DNA of 64,000 bases from Octopus sinensis (GCF_006345805.1 NW_021836317.1:3290-67289), one strand, 5' to 3'; shown: positions 25,117 through 38,676, numbered from the stretch's first letter. Program-made: numbers and translations. Notes: generated from the sequence alone by a model not told the origin.

Positions 25117-25511
25117 TATATAATATATATATATTATATATAATATATATATATATATTATATATATATATATATGTATATATATGTTTTTAGCATTTGT
25201 GCGTGGAATGTGTTTTTTCTGTTTTACTCTGTGTTTATATAGGTTGTGCGACGTGTGAATTGGTGAGAAAACTTGGATTACATTTAATTGGAGAATGACT
25301 TGCTATTTTCCAAATTAATTCCTGGCTTATTTACATATGTCCGCGCACTGACTCGTATGTGTATATGTAAATACATTAATAAAGTCGTTTACTTGTGCGT
25401 GTGTTTACATATGCGAGTAAATATATGTGCATATGCATATAATTACATATAATGGTATATGTATAACCGAGAGTTTACGCGTTCACTTATGACTATATAT
25501 ATATATCTGTG

Positions 25512-25559
<48 letters not shown>

Positions 25560-25686
25560 AAGGTATATATATGCCTGTATGATGACATCTGCATTATAAA
25601 GATACACATATATTTATGTATGTATGAATATATATTATATATGTATTTATATGCATATATATATATATATATTTGTATATATATAT

Positions 25687-25728
<42 letters not shown>

Positions 25729-26854
25729 GTATATACACACACACACATATATATTTACACAAATTCATTTATACACAGGTAGCTATATGTATATATGCGC
25801 CATGCGTACAAGCACACACTCACTGGCACACATAAATATTTACACACAGACGCATATATATTCATACATGCATATATATATATATATATACATATATACA
25901 TACATATATAAACTATATATATATATATATGTATTATATATATATATATATATTGAATTTGTGGATGACATGTTTATATAGAGTCATGTTATATTCTATT
26001 TCCGTTTTTGTTCATCAGTAAGATATATCATCATCACGTTTAAACAGCGGGAATACAAACGGTTCGGTAGAAATAAACGACACGTAAATGTGTTTGTTTA
26101 ATGATGCTTGTTGCAAATAGAATTCCAATTAAATATATAAATTCTATCAAAAAAACAAGTTTTATATAAAGAAGAAAATCAGTTATATTAACGGTAATCA
26201 GTTTCTAGGCGAGTTTATAATTACCTATATGTATGCTATTCACCGAATTTTAAAGTGAAATTATATTTTGGAATTTAAATGTAGCTTCCATTTTGTTTTT
26301 GAATCGAAGGACCCTTTTTTATCAGTATCACTTGCGCATCGAATATTTGCCAAATGATCATGCTAATTAGTCAATGATTTTTGACAGAAGTGTTTCAAAT
26401 AAACAAAATTAGATGTAGGATAAATTAGCAAACGGTTCGTGTACTATTGTAGTGTGTTTAATAGTTACGTGTATCCGGGTTCGCATTCACTTCGCGTCAA
26501 GTTAGGAAACCGTCGTCAATTGTTTTTCAACCTGGGCCATGTTATGTGAATGAAATTTTAAAGAGACCAAAAATAATTATGTTGAGTGTGCTTAGTTATA
26601 CATGCATTCAGACATATATTCACCAACTAACATACACGCACACACACATATTTATATATAACTGCGAGTGTGTGTATGTGAGTGCGTTCATATGTATAAA
26701 TGTTTTCCAAAAGTGGAACTCGAAGCAGATATATCTACAAAAAGTAGTAAAAACTTCTTTGACTCTTTAAAAATGACTTTAATTTCGCAATTCTGGTGAT
26801 TTATGTATGTGTGTGTACGTATGATTGTGTGTGTGTGCGCATGTCAGTGTGTCG

Positions 26855-26975
26855 TGTATCAATTACCCCCAAGACATCCGATGACGGTTGAAGGGCATAC
26901 CAGCCGAAAGGTTGTGTTAACAACAAACAAGATGAGGAGAAATATCCGTCGAATGTAAATAATGTAAATAATATA
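26855..26975 (+). mobile_element. Putative PLE 3' end with degenerate hammerhead (26873-26918)
   Basis: GACAU-CCGAUGA-C-GGUUG-loop-CAGCC-GAAA-G-GUU-GUGUU, followed by a short tail ending (aatgtaaat)2. Confidence 0.55.
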
Positions 26976-27055
26976 CAGGGATCGATTTAATTGACTTAGA
27001 CAAATAATGCTGGCCTCGTGTCAACGTTTGAAACCAATAGTAAATTTATCGATAA

Positions 27056-27270
27056 AGGCGGTGAACTAGAAGAGTCGGTAACGCGCCGATCAGAATGTTC
27101 AGCCGTATTTCGTTAGTCATTTCGCTCTGGGTTTAAATTCCACCAAATCGACTTTGGCTTTTCATTGTTTCGGGATCGATAAAATAATTACCATTGAAGT
27201 AACTGGATTGATGTAATTGATTTACCGTTTCCTTCGAAGTTACTGGTCCTGTTCCAAACTTCAAAACCCA
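27056..27270 (+). mobile_element. SINE family B, diverged
   Basis: aggcggtgaactagaaga head and tcgactttggcttttcattgtttcgggatcgataaaata core. Confidence 0.75.
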
Positions 27271-27540
27271 TAATACACACATGGACGAAAAATAAACGTT
27301 TTTAATGTTAAATTCTGGTCAAGGGAGAACGGGCACATCACTGCCATTATGTAATAAATGAAAATTTATGAAAAATATGTAGTAGACACTTCAATGGTGG
27401 TATTGCAACGGTTTGGTGATGCTGTAGTTTTGGACTGTACCAGTTTAGTGAGATACAGGTGTTTTAGGAAAAATACGAACATTAAAAGTTATGCGTGTGA
27501 CCGTATGTATGTTGACACATACAAACACACACACACATTC

Positions 27541-28050
27541 ATACACGCACACACTCACCATACACATATCTATATATACACGTATCTATATATACACTCA
27601 CCATACACATATCTATATATACATATATCTATATATACACTCACCATACCCATATCTATATATACACGTATCTTTATATACACTTACCATACACATATCT
27701 ATATATACTCATGTCTATATATACACTCACCATACACATAACTATAACACTTACCATACACATATCTCTATATATGCATATCTATATATACACTCACCAT
27801 ACCCATATCAATATATACACGTATCTATATATACACTTACCATACACATATCTATATATACACTCACCATACACATACCTATATATACACTCACCATACA
27901 CATATCTCTCTATATGCATATCTATATATACACTCACCATACACATATCTATATATACACGTATCAATATATACACTCACCATACACATATCTATATATA
28001 CCCGTATCTATATATACACTCACCATACCCATATCTATACATACATAATT
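27541..28050. repeat. Minisatellite of about 26-bp units with interleaved 14-16-bp units
   Basis: tatatatacactcaccatacacatatc repeated more than 10 times, with tatatatacacgtatc and tatatatgcatatc spacers. Confidence 0.9.
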
Positions 28051-28274
28051 ACATACGTATCTGGGTTGTTATAGTCGTGGTTTTTCAACTAGGAAACGAG
28101 TTCAAAAATGGAATATATACTTTTTATGAAGGTACTGAAACTGGAAGGTGACGCTTTTGTCGAGATATTTGTGATTTGACACTCAGGAAATGTTTCCCTG
28201 GAGTGCCAAACCAGGAATCTATCGGCTCTTATGTCACTCTCTAACTTCTCTCTATTAATATACATGTGAGTATT

Positions 28275-28305
<31 letters not shown>

Positions 28306-28800
28306 TTCTAAGTGTGTATAATTTATGTATGTCTGTGCGTTTTACAATAATTTATACAGATACATGAACGTACACATACACACAAATGCAAACGAACACA
28401 CACATGCCCGGACACAAATGCATGCACACGCACACACAGACACACACACAGACACGCACCTTGTACACTCAATAAAGAGGTTAATATTAAGGAGAGCTTC
28501 TACAAGTTAGAACGCTTCCGGAGTGGAACGTGGTCCGGTCAAACAGCTTGCAGAAAAGTACCTTTAAATATGTAGCTTTTCTAGCTGTCTCTACCCATCT
28601 ACCCCAAACGAGGGTCATGGAAAGGTTTGTAAAATGTTGTTGCTGTTGTTGTTGTTGTTGTTGATTATGATGATGATGATGATGATGATGACGACGATGA
28701 TGTATAAAAGCTTAAAATGATGTCCGTCGCAACTAAGTCATTACTTTCAAAATCAAGTGATTCTTTCACTAGATGTTTGGTGATATTGTTGTTTTCCTTT

Positions 28801-29500
28801 AAATAATAATAATAATAAAGAAATTATTGTATACAGTGCTCAGGTGCAGCACAACTTGTCAGAAAGTGCATATAAAGTACATGCAGTAATGTAGAAATGT
28901 CTGGAAAGTGAACAGTGTATGAGTCAGATACATGCTTGTGTGTGTATGGAGAGGAGAAAATCAAGTGTAGTGTTGGCGAATCTCAGGAAGCATGGAGGTT
29001 TTGAAGGATGCAGTGCTCCGACAACTAACAACCGATGCCGGCAGTTTGTTCCATGCTTCAGCACATCTCAGCGTGAAAAAGTGTTTCCTGAAGTCATGGG
29101 AGCTGTACTGTTTTCTTACTTTGTAAATATGTCCACGGGTTTTAGATGGGTGGAGTTTGAAGAGGTGCTCAGAGTTATCGTTTGTGCGATGGTTGATAAT
29201 TTTATGGGTGTCTGCCAAGTCAGCTGCCAGACGTCGGAGCTTCAATGTGTCCATGCCCAGGGAAGCAAGGCGTTCAGGATATGGCAAATACCTGATGGAG
29301 GGTATTCTTTTGGTTGCACGTCGCTGAACAGCTTCCAGACGATTGATGTCCTAGGCAAGATAGGGGTTCCGATTGATTGATGTCCTGGGCCAGATAGGGG
29401 TTCCGATTGATGTCCTGGGCAAGATAGGGGTTCCGATTGATGTCCTGGGAAAGATAGGGGTTCCGATTGATATCCTGGGCAAGATAGATTGATGTCCTGG
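28801..29500 (-). pseudogene. CR1-like LINE, 5'-truncated ORF2 C-terminus with 3' UTR and (TAT)n tail
   Basis: NPYLA*DINRLEAVQRRATKRIPSIRYLPYPERLASLGMDTLKLRRLAADL...TRGHIYKV...RKHFFTLRCAEAWNKLPASVV. Confidence 0.92.
29341..29500. repeat. 30-bp tandem array at the LINE 5' truncation point
   Basis: gattgatgtcctgggcaagataggggttcc four times (29341, 29375, 29405, 29435) plus two partial units. Confidence 0.95.
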
Positions 29501-29649
29501 TTAAGATATTGCTTAACTTATCGCACAGCTTCATCGGGTTAGTGTACGATGGGAAACCCTACTCTCACATGTGGCTTTTGCTGCCTGTACTTCTATGCAT
29601 CTAAGGCTGCACACTATGAATGCATTCTCTTCTTTGAAAAGTCAAAACA

Positions 29650-29990
29650 TGAATATTGAGGGAGATACGTGCGTCAATATTTTGAAAAATTTGCGTAGCA
29701 TTCTAAGCATGCATCACGAAGCTTTTGACAAAGTTTGATGCAGATTCGTCGCTCAAGTTTCTTTGTTATGGCGAATGGGATGACCACACACTACACACCT
29801 TCCTTCCAAGCACCGCTGTAAACAGTGGAATTGAGCTACAACGTTGAAACTTAGGGTACATGTACAGCGGATGCCGTGGTAGATCTGTGTCACGCAGCGG
29901 TTCTCTGGGTGTCTTAGCTTTGTTTCTATGGCAAGCTAAATCACGTTCGACGATAGCTTCAAACTATATAGATATCACAGACCTGATATC
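29650..29990 (-). pseudogene. Mariner-like 5' remnant
   Basis: Minus strand at about 29720-29765 translates KKLERRICIKLCQKL, resembling the mariner N-terminal EQRICIKFC motif. Boundaries uncertain. Confidence 0.5.
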
Positions 29991-30605
29991 TGACTTAAAT
30001 AAGTATACTTACAGATATTCGTGGAAAGTCTGCATGTTTAACCAAATTAATTCCACAACAGAAGTATTCCTTCAGCAAAACGTCTACGAATTAATTGAGC
30101 ATGATGTCAAATAAAAATGTCAAAGTACATTTAATGTTTGGAAAGTTGAAGAAGTGAGAAATTTAATTGGTAAAAATTCATGAACATACAGGTTAAAAAT
30201 GTTTGTATATAACTCGAATGGTACATGTATAGAAAATACCACTATCAACACACACATACAAACACACATACACACATAAACACGCACGCACACATAAACT
30301 CACGCATAAGCAAAAAGTCGTAAGCATATACGTGTGTATATACATGTATATGTACATGTGTATGTATACATTTATATCTCCATCCATCCATCCATGCATA
30401 CATGTACACATATATATGTAGACAGAGAGAGGGGGAGAGGAAGAGGAAGAGAGGAAGGGAAAGAAAGGGAGGGAGAAACACAGAGACATATATAGATAGA
30501 TAAATGCATAAATATGTATGTTTGTATGTGTATTTGTGTTTGTTTATATATCTATATGTATGTATATATATATCCATGCATACATATATTTGTATATATA
30601 TATGT

Positions 30606-30650
<45 letters not shown>

Positions 30651-30666
30651 TATACATACATATATG

Positions 30667-30699
<33 letters not shown>

Positions 30700-30759
30700 A
30701 TGCATATACATAGATAGATAGATAGATATATATATATATAGATGGATAGATATATATAT

Positions 30760-30790
<31 letters not shown>

Positions 30791-31656
30791 TGTGTGTGAA
30801 TGTGTGTCTCTGTGTGTGTAAATGTAAGTATGGGTACGAATGCACACGTTTAGGAGTGTTGCTTCTGTTAACTAAATTAAACAAATATGGTAACAGCGGA
30901 GAAACTTTGTAGAGGGAAGTATTTTTGCGAAGTTGGATATTATAGTAAGGCAAGGAAAGAATGACTTAGCTAATACAAGAGACAACGACGCCAACAGCCA
31001 CATGAAGACGATGGTCACGAAGATATATGACGTATATTTGTCCCATGTCACAAGTACAGATATATCAATTCTACACGTTTGAAGCCTAATTTATTTTGTG
31101 AATATATTTGAAATTCCCATAGTTATTGAAACTAGCTTCAAATAAGATGTAACCTCGGAACTTGTGTTTTCGAAACATTGTTACATGTTTTGTAGAAAGA
31201 CGAGACGCATCAGCGAAATTTATTTCTTAAAAAATTGTAACCTATTAAAATGGCGGAAGAAAAGTTTTAGTTATGTAATCGTAGACGTATAATTCGTGGG
31301 AAAGTGTGTGACGTGTTCACATCTAGGATCAGTAAAAAGGCTTACGCTAGCAACAGACATTAGGTGTTCAGGCACAACAGTAGTTTGTAATCATCTCGCG
31401 TCATTGTACAGTGAAAATGCATTTGTGTATATATAGAGAGAGAGAGAGGAAGAAAGGGAGAGAGAGGGAGAGAGAGCGGGGGAGAGAGAGGGAGAGAGAT
31501 AATTAGATATAATCATAATTATATCTAAATTATATTTTACCTGTATGGTTTTAATTACTTGCTGGCCACTGATAAGATCAGTAATTGATTTAATTCATAC
31601 TTATATATGCTTATATATATTCACATACATACATGCATACATATACATATATATAC

Positions 31657-31714
<58 letters not shown>

Positions 31715-31843
31715 ACATATAATACTAGATATTTATACATATTTATATATATATTATATATATATATATAATATACATTTTATATATATATATATATATT
31801 ATATATATAATACATATATATATATGTATACATGTATGTATAT

Positions 31844-31898
<55 letters not shown>

Positions 31899-31899
31899 C

Positions 31900-31933
<34 letters not shown>

Positions 31934-32159
31934 AAATGTATATATATATATATATATACATATATATATGTATGTATGTAAAGTTGTCAGATAGACTCGT
32001 TCTTTTGCTTCAAATGTTGTTTTAATTAATACGAAAATTGATTTTATCGTAAATTTTAAAATTTTGATGTTCCTTTTACGTTTAACTTTAATTTTCTACC
32101 ACGGATATTGTTTACCGTTTTTATAATTCGAACAAATTGTATCCTTTCTCAGACAAAAA

Positions 32160-32700
32160 GAATATGAAGTGTCATTTCGAAAAAAAATTAGCATACTTCT
32201 GTTCCTTTTCCGAAAAGGTTGCAATGCTATCAAAACCATTTGAGATGATTATGCTATATTCTGGGAAAGCGCTATTACTGAAAAATCTGTTCCGAATTTT
32301 TTGCCAGAGAATTAAATATCGACTTCACTGTTTTCGGGATAATGTGCTCAGTTCAATGAGGGTCAATTAAGCAAGCTCATGCAAGTGGATCTATGTCAGT
32401 CTAGTAGGAAATTGGCCCAGCAGATGAAATGCATGGATTGATTCTGTTGGGTAACAACTTCATTCGATACGTAAGGTCCAAGTCGTCGGGGAATGATGTT
32501 AGACGCTTGGAACGAATTGCTTCTGTATTGCCTCCACATTGCTCAACTGACAACAGGCAACTCTAGGCATGAACTGTAATGTCTTTCCTGCATCGTTATT
32601 GGAGATGAACAAGGGAGATTTTACACCAGTATGAAACAAGGGAGCAACACATCGAGCGAAGCCAGAGTTGCATCTGCTTAAGATATACCTAAGCGACAGA
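32160..32700 (+). pseudogene. Mariner transposase remnant
   Basis: FNEGQLSKLMQVDLCQSSRKLAQQM, QLHSIRKVQ and LSCIVIGDEQ (degenerate IVTGDEKW), with frameshifts. Confidence 0.75.
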
Positions 32701-33151
32701 GAATATTAATACCGAGAGGTAATATTTATCCTTACTTAAACATGAATCTGATAATAGCTTTTGGTACAAAATGCACGCTTCTATATATCGCCAGCAGGGA
32801 GGTAAAACCTCGCCATCTTCAGCACCGAGACCACAGAACAAGTGATTTCGATCTTCCTTGGTCTTGCCAATAGTGGACGCTCAACCGCTAAAAATAACAG
32901 CGATTCATTTCTTCGTCAGCGATATATGGAATAACAGTGCCAGAACAGGCACTGGTGTTAATTTTAGCCAGTGAAATTGATAAAGAAATGTACATTAGCG
33001 ACGGAGGCAATATTAATACACAGAGGTGTGGCGGCACGATGTGTTGTTGAACAAAACACTCCTTTTTCTTGTTAATTTAATTCACTGAATTGCAAACTGG
33101 CAACGCTGAAACAGATTGGCCTTTCGTTAAAGGTTAATGTTGGCCTGCGCA

Positions 33152-33920
33152 AAGGCGGCGAGCTGGGAGAATCGTTAGCACGCCGGGCAAAATGCTTAGC
33201 CGTATTTCGTCTGCCGTTACGTTCTGAGTTCAAATTCCACCGAGGTCGACTTTGCCTTTCATCCTTTCGGGGTCAATATATTAAGTACCAGTTAAGCACT
33301 GGAGCCGATATAATCGACTTAATCCGTTTCTCTGTCCGTGTTTGTCCCCTCTGTGTTTAGCCCCTTGTGGGTAGTAAAGAAATAGGTATTTCGTCTGTCG
33401 TTACGTTGTGAGTTCAAATTCCGCCGAGGTCGACTTTGCCTTTCATCCATTCGGGGTCAATATATTAAGTACCAGTTACGCACTGGAGCCGATATAATCG
33501 ACTTAATCCGTTCGTCTGTCCTTGTTTGTCCCCTCTGTGTTTAGCCTCTTGTGGGTAGTAAAGAAATAGGTATTTCGTCTGTCGTTATGTGCAGAGTTCA
33601 AATTCCGCCGAGGTCGACTTTGCCTTTCATCCTTTCGGGGTCAATATATAAAGTACCATTTATGAAATGAGGTAGATATAATCGACTTAATCCGTTTGTC
33701 TGCCCGTGTTTGTGCCCTCTGTGTTTAGCCTCTTGTGGGTAGTAAAGAAATAGGTATTTCGTCTGTCGTTACGTTCTGAGTTCAAATTCCGCCGAGGTCG
33801 ACTTTGCCTTTCATCCTTTCGGGTTCGATAAAGTACCAGTTATGAACTGAGGTCGATGTAATCGACTTAATCCGTTTGTCCCCTCTTTGTTTAGCCCCTT
33901 GTGGGTAGTAAAGAAATAGG
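33152..33920 (+). mobile_element. SINE family B tetramer: one head plus four body units
   Basis: Units start gtatttcgtctg at 33202, 33386, 33570 and 33754 (184-bp period, last unit shorter). Confidence 0.95.
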
Positions 33921-34569
33921 TAATAGCCCGCGCACCTCGCCATTTTGGTGATGTAACTCAAACACTACAGCAATGCCAAAAATCTCAGTGTGACCAACGG
34001 TGTAATACAGAACCTGTGTGTCTGGTCAAGACAGTTAGGTACGAGTGTGTGTACCTGTGTATGTGTATGCGTGCCTGTGTTTGTGTATGTGTATATATGT
34101 ATTTGTATAAGGATATGCACATATGATACACACACGTAGAAATGTACACACTTATATACACAGACAGAATGGCTTCATCTTTCATTTGAAGCCACAGAAA
34201 TATGCAGACACACAGACGTGGCTTGACAGGAGAGGACAGACCAGGATAGATTGTCTCCCATTACTGGCGCACATATCATTAGAGGAGAGTTGCCAATACA
34301 TATTTCAAAACTGATGATTCCATCGAGTGTAATTATATATCAGCAATACAGAGACTAGACAATATATGATCGGAAGCAAGACATGGAAATGGTTTAATTG
34401 AAATATAATGTCAAAAATTGTTATTTAAGAGCGATATATTCAGTGTAACGTTAATCTGACTTCAGATTTCATACTTATAAATATTTGCCGGTTTAATGTT
34501 TTTACAAATTCATGCACACATACAGCCAAACACGCGCGTACATATATACGTGTGCATATACCTATAGCT

Positions 34570-35260
34570 ATGTATGTGTGTATGTATGTATGTATGTATG
34601 TATGTATGTATGTATGTATGTATGTATGTATGAATGTATGTGTGTATGTATGTATGTATGTATGTATGTATGTATGTATGTATGTATGAATGTATGAATG
34701 TATGTATGTATGTATATATGTATATATGTATCAATCTACATATCTGTTTGTCTGCCTGTCTGTCCGTCTGCCAATTATCTATCTATGTGTCTGTCTGCTT
34801 GTCTGGCTCTTTCTTTTTCGCCCTATCTCTTGATCTATCTATCAATCTAAATTTATGCATGTATGTTTGAGTATTTGTACGTATATATGTATCTATACAC
34901 GAAAGCATGTATGTATGTATGTTAATGTCAGGTCACTTTCGAGTGTTACTGGTAACATGTGACCCAGTACAACCTGTTGCATGGTCGGGCCCTCGACGAC
35001 TCTACCGGCAACCCCACCAAGCTTGCTTGGTGAGAAGGGTGTTTATTGGACACCCTGCTGGATGTAAAAAAAAACCGTCAAAGGGCGGATGAACTCTTGA
35101 GAGTCAACGGCCATCCAATAAAAAATGTATGTATGTATGCGTGTATGTTTGTATGTATGTATGTATGCATGTATGTACCTACGTATGTATGTATGTATGT
35201 ATGTATGATGTATGTATGTATGTATGTATGTATGTATGTATGCATATGTGTGTATGTGTA
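34570..35260. repeat. (ATGT)n microsatellite field with an embedded insert
   Basis: Long tatg runs at 34570-34720 and 35125-35260. Confidence 0.9.
34928..35125 (+). mobile_element. Unclassified retroposon-like segment ending AATAAA then (ATGT)n
   Basis: GC-richer insert of about 200 bp within (ATGT)n, ending ggccatccaataaaaaatgtatgtatg. Confidence 0.4.
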
Positions 35261-36089
35261 GAGTTAAGTTTGCATCCAAACATATAGTCGACTGCTACAG
35301 TTAGGTTTAGCGCGTCAGGTATATATAGTCACAGTCCATTTTTCTCTCAGTACAGTGTTTAAGTAACTGCCTTATATTCCAGCTTTAGTAGTTATGAAAT
35401 CCAGGGTAAACCTACGAGAAATTACGAAAATCACAATTTCATATTATTAGTTTCTGCGTACATTCGCTCATTATGGTTTATTGAAACCAACCCTGCACTG
35501 GATATTCCGAGTGCATTTAGATGTTTAACAAGAACAGATAATTAGGGGGCACTTCATTGTATTAAGTTACTGGACATGCAATAAAGGTTTCGCTCATTAT
35601 TCGTTCTGAGTAGGCATCCTGATGCACTTGGAATATCCCTCGCAGGGTTGTAAGTAAATGCATGTTCAGTTTTGTAGCTTCCGCGAAAATACCGGATCGG
35701 TATTGCCATAGCAACAAGTAGTATTGGGGGTACTGATTGCACATGCGTCCTTAGGGCTGAGAGGAATGTTGTTAATGTTTATATTTTTGCTGTGTGGACG
35801 CCCCCACACGATATAAGTAGGCTAGCCCCATACGTAGATATAGAGGGAAAAGTCTAGACGTAGGGAGTTGAGTAGAGGTCATCCGAACGTGCGATATAAC
35901 AGTGGTGACGAGGATTTTGTAGCTGACACAGCCACTGTGTAGTATTGCGATAAAACAATTTCCTAAGAAGGGCATAAATTGTAGCACCGCCGTCATACAT
36001 CGAATCTCATGATGTGTGAAGGTGATGTAACAATCTAGTCTGTAACGAAGTGAATGGCGAAAATTTGGGGGGTATATTTTTTTATATCT

Positions 36090-36328
36090 CTCTCTTTTAC
36101 TTGTTTCTGTTATTTAACTGCGGCCATGCTGGAGCACCACCTCTAATCGAGCAACTCGACCCCAGGAGTTATTCTTTGTAAGCCCAGTACTTATTCTATC
36201 GGTCTCTTTTGCCGAACCTCTAAGTTACGGGGACATAAACATACCAGCATCGGTTGTCAAGCAATGCTAGGGGGACAAACCCAGACACACAGACACGCAT
36301 GCACATATATATATATATATATATATAG

Positions 36329-36395
<67 letters not shown>

Positions 36396-36560
36396 CGACG
36401 GACTTCTTTCAGTTTCCGTCTACCAAATCCACTCACAAGGCTTTGGTGGGCCCGAGGCTATAGTAGAAGACACTTGCCCAAGGTGCCACGCAGTGGGACT
36501 GAACCTGGAACCATGTGGTTGGTAAGCAAGCTACTTACCACACAGCCACTCCTGCGCCTA
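36090..36560 (-). mobile_element. SINE family A, full length, expanded internal (TA)n
   Basis: Consensus match on both sides of the microsatellite at about 36285-36395. Confidence 0.92.
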
Positions 36561-37383
36561 TGTGGATGTTTTCTATTCAACTTATTATTTATTATTGTTT
36601 CTGAGTTGATTTAGTGGAGGCAATATTGCCCTATGTATGTGGATATAGAGGACTGAGCGTGGCGCCATGGTTTCCAGGTAAGTCAGTTTAGTTGAATCGT
36701 GGTACTAGCAGTGGGTTGCAGGCCGAGGGGTGGGATGGGGGACAACATGCATCTCCACATTCCGTCCATCTTTATGTTCCGATTTCAAATCACACAGTGG
36801 CCGGCTGTGCCTTTCATTCATTCGAGGTCGATAAAATAAGTATCGGTTGAGAATTAGGTCGGTTTAACGACTTCACGATTAACGTCTCCCAAATTTGTTA
36901 GACGTGTGTCTTCAGTAGACAGAATTATCAGATTGTGCGGATGAGGAGAGAAAAAAGAGAAATAATGTTTGTGTTGGATGGCAATAGCAACGCCAGCAGT
37001 CATAGCATACTAGTTGCAGATGTTGAGATGTTGATGATGATTAAGATAATGACGTTTTCCATAGTGGAATACTTTACATGATTTACTGATTGAAGAGGAA
37101 AGGGTAATTTTTTTTTGCTAGATTTTAAGAAAGAAGTGCCATCAAGTTCTGTCAGAAGATCCTTTAAAGCTCAGGATAGAGCAGGGAACAATGTAATTGT
37201 TGCTGTTGGTGTTGTGAGAGTGGAAAGCTGACAGAAAAATTAGTGCAGAGGAGAAAATACCTCAAATAAGGTCTATTACCATACAAGCTTTACGTAAACA
37301 TATATATATATACATATATATGAGTGTGTAATATATATATTATATATATATATATATATATATTAATATATATATATTATATA

Positions 37384-37465
<82 letters not shown>

Positions 37466-38392
37466 TATATATACATATGTATAACACCCTTCGCGCAGTT
37501 TCCCCCTATCATAACTTACGTAAATCTTTCACAATGTCTTCATCGACGTAGAGTTATTGACGAATACAAAAGCACAGCTTAGCGGCGGTGGAACGAAATT
37601 CGAAACCAGGCAGTTGCAAAGCGAAATTCTCCACCTTTCAAATTCCTCGGCGTCTAGCCATGCCAGTCTCCGTTATTATCATTACAGACATGCGATATGT
37701 TCATCATTATTCCTATTTATTTTCCTTTTTTTTTCCTATTTATTTCCAGTAAATGTTTCACTTCTTTTCGTGTCAAAACAGACGAAGGCATTTTATGTGA
37801 GATTGCAATTTGAAAGTCGTTTTGTTTCTTTTTTTTTAAGCTGTTCTTTGTGCAAGAGTAAAAAAAAAAAAAGAACATTTGTTTGTGGTTTGAATACCGA
37901 ATATTTGGTTATGTGTATATTGTTTGATTTCTGATTTGGTTAAAAAAAAATGTAAACGAAATCATTTGTTTGCTATTCAATTGATTATTGAATATTCTGT
38001 AAGTTCGTTTTTTATTTTATTTTATGTAACAATAAACGAGAAAATTTGTTTGCATTTCAATATAGAATATTTAGTAGATAAAAAATATTGTGTACTTACG
38101 GATAATTCTAGTTTTGCAAAAATATTGAAAAGAGTGAATGTGGCTGAATAGCATTCAAAGTAAAATTGAATACCTGTGGGTTGTATAACAGACATCGTAG
38201 AGCAACTCTGAGAACCACGTCTGTCTGGTCACTCACGCACGCACACGAACACACACACATATTATATACACAAGTGCAGATATATAAATATACATACGTG
38301 TATAGTACACATACACACACACATATTTAGGTATTTATGTACATATGTATGCTCAAGTTCATCTCAATTATTGAGAAGTACGTAGAAAAAGC

Positions 38393-38584
38393 GAGAGTTA
38401 TACAGAAGGTGATGGCAGAGTAGATACAACATTAAAAACTATATAGAACAATAACAAAGATATTAAAAATGTTACCTTAGACTTATTTAATTCAATATTT
38501 CGAACGTAACATTCCAATGTCTTTGTTATTGTTACGTTTGATTTTTAATGTTCGATCTACGTTGCTATCACCTTTAGCAACTCA
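38393..38584. repeat. Diverged inverted repeat (about 80-bp arms)
   Basis: gagtt..aaggtgatggcagagtagatacaacattaaaaa..aacaataacaaagatatt..aatgttac pairs with gtaacatt..aatgtctttgttattgtt..tttttaatgttcgatctacgttgctatcacctt..aactc. Confidence 0.7.
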
Positions 38585-38676
38585 TCGATTTTGAACAGAC
38601 GTATTCGCACCCTCTCTTATAGAGACATGTGCGGGTGTGTGTAGGTGAGTTTTGAGAGTATAATACATACATTCAC

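Noticed and set aside
25990-26025. Minus-strand CUGAUGA...GAAA
   Set aside because: No stem II pairing.
33202-33920. CRISPR-like or satellite interpretation of the tandem arrays (also 29341-29500)
   Set aside because: There are no unique spacers, the units are SINE or LINE sequence, and the context is eukaryotic.
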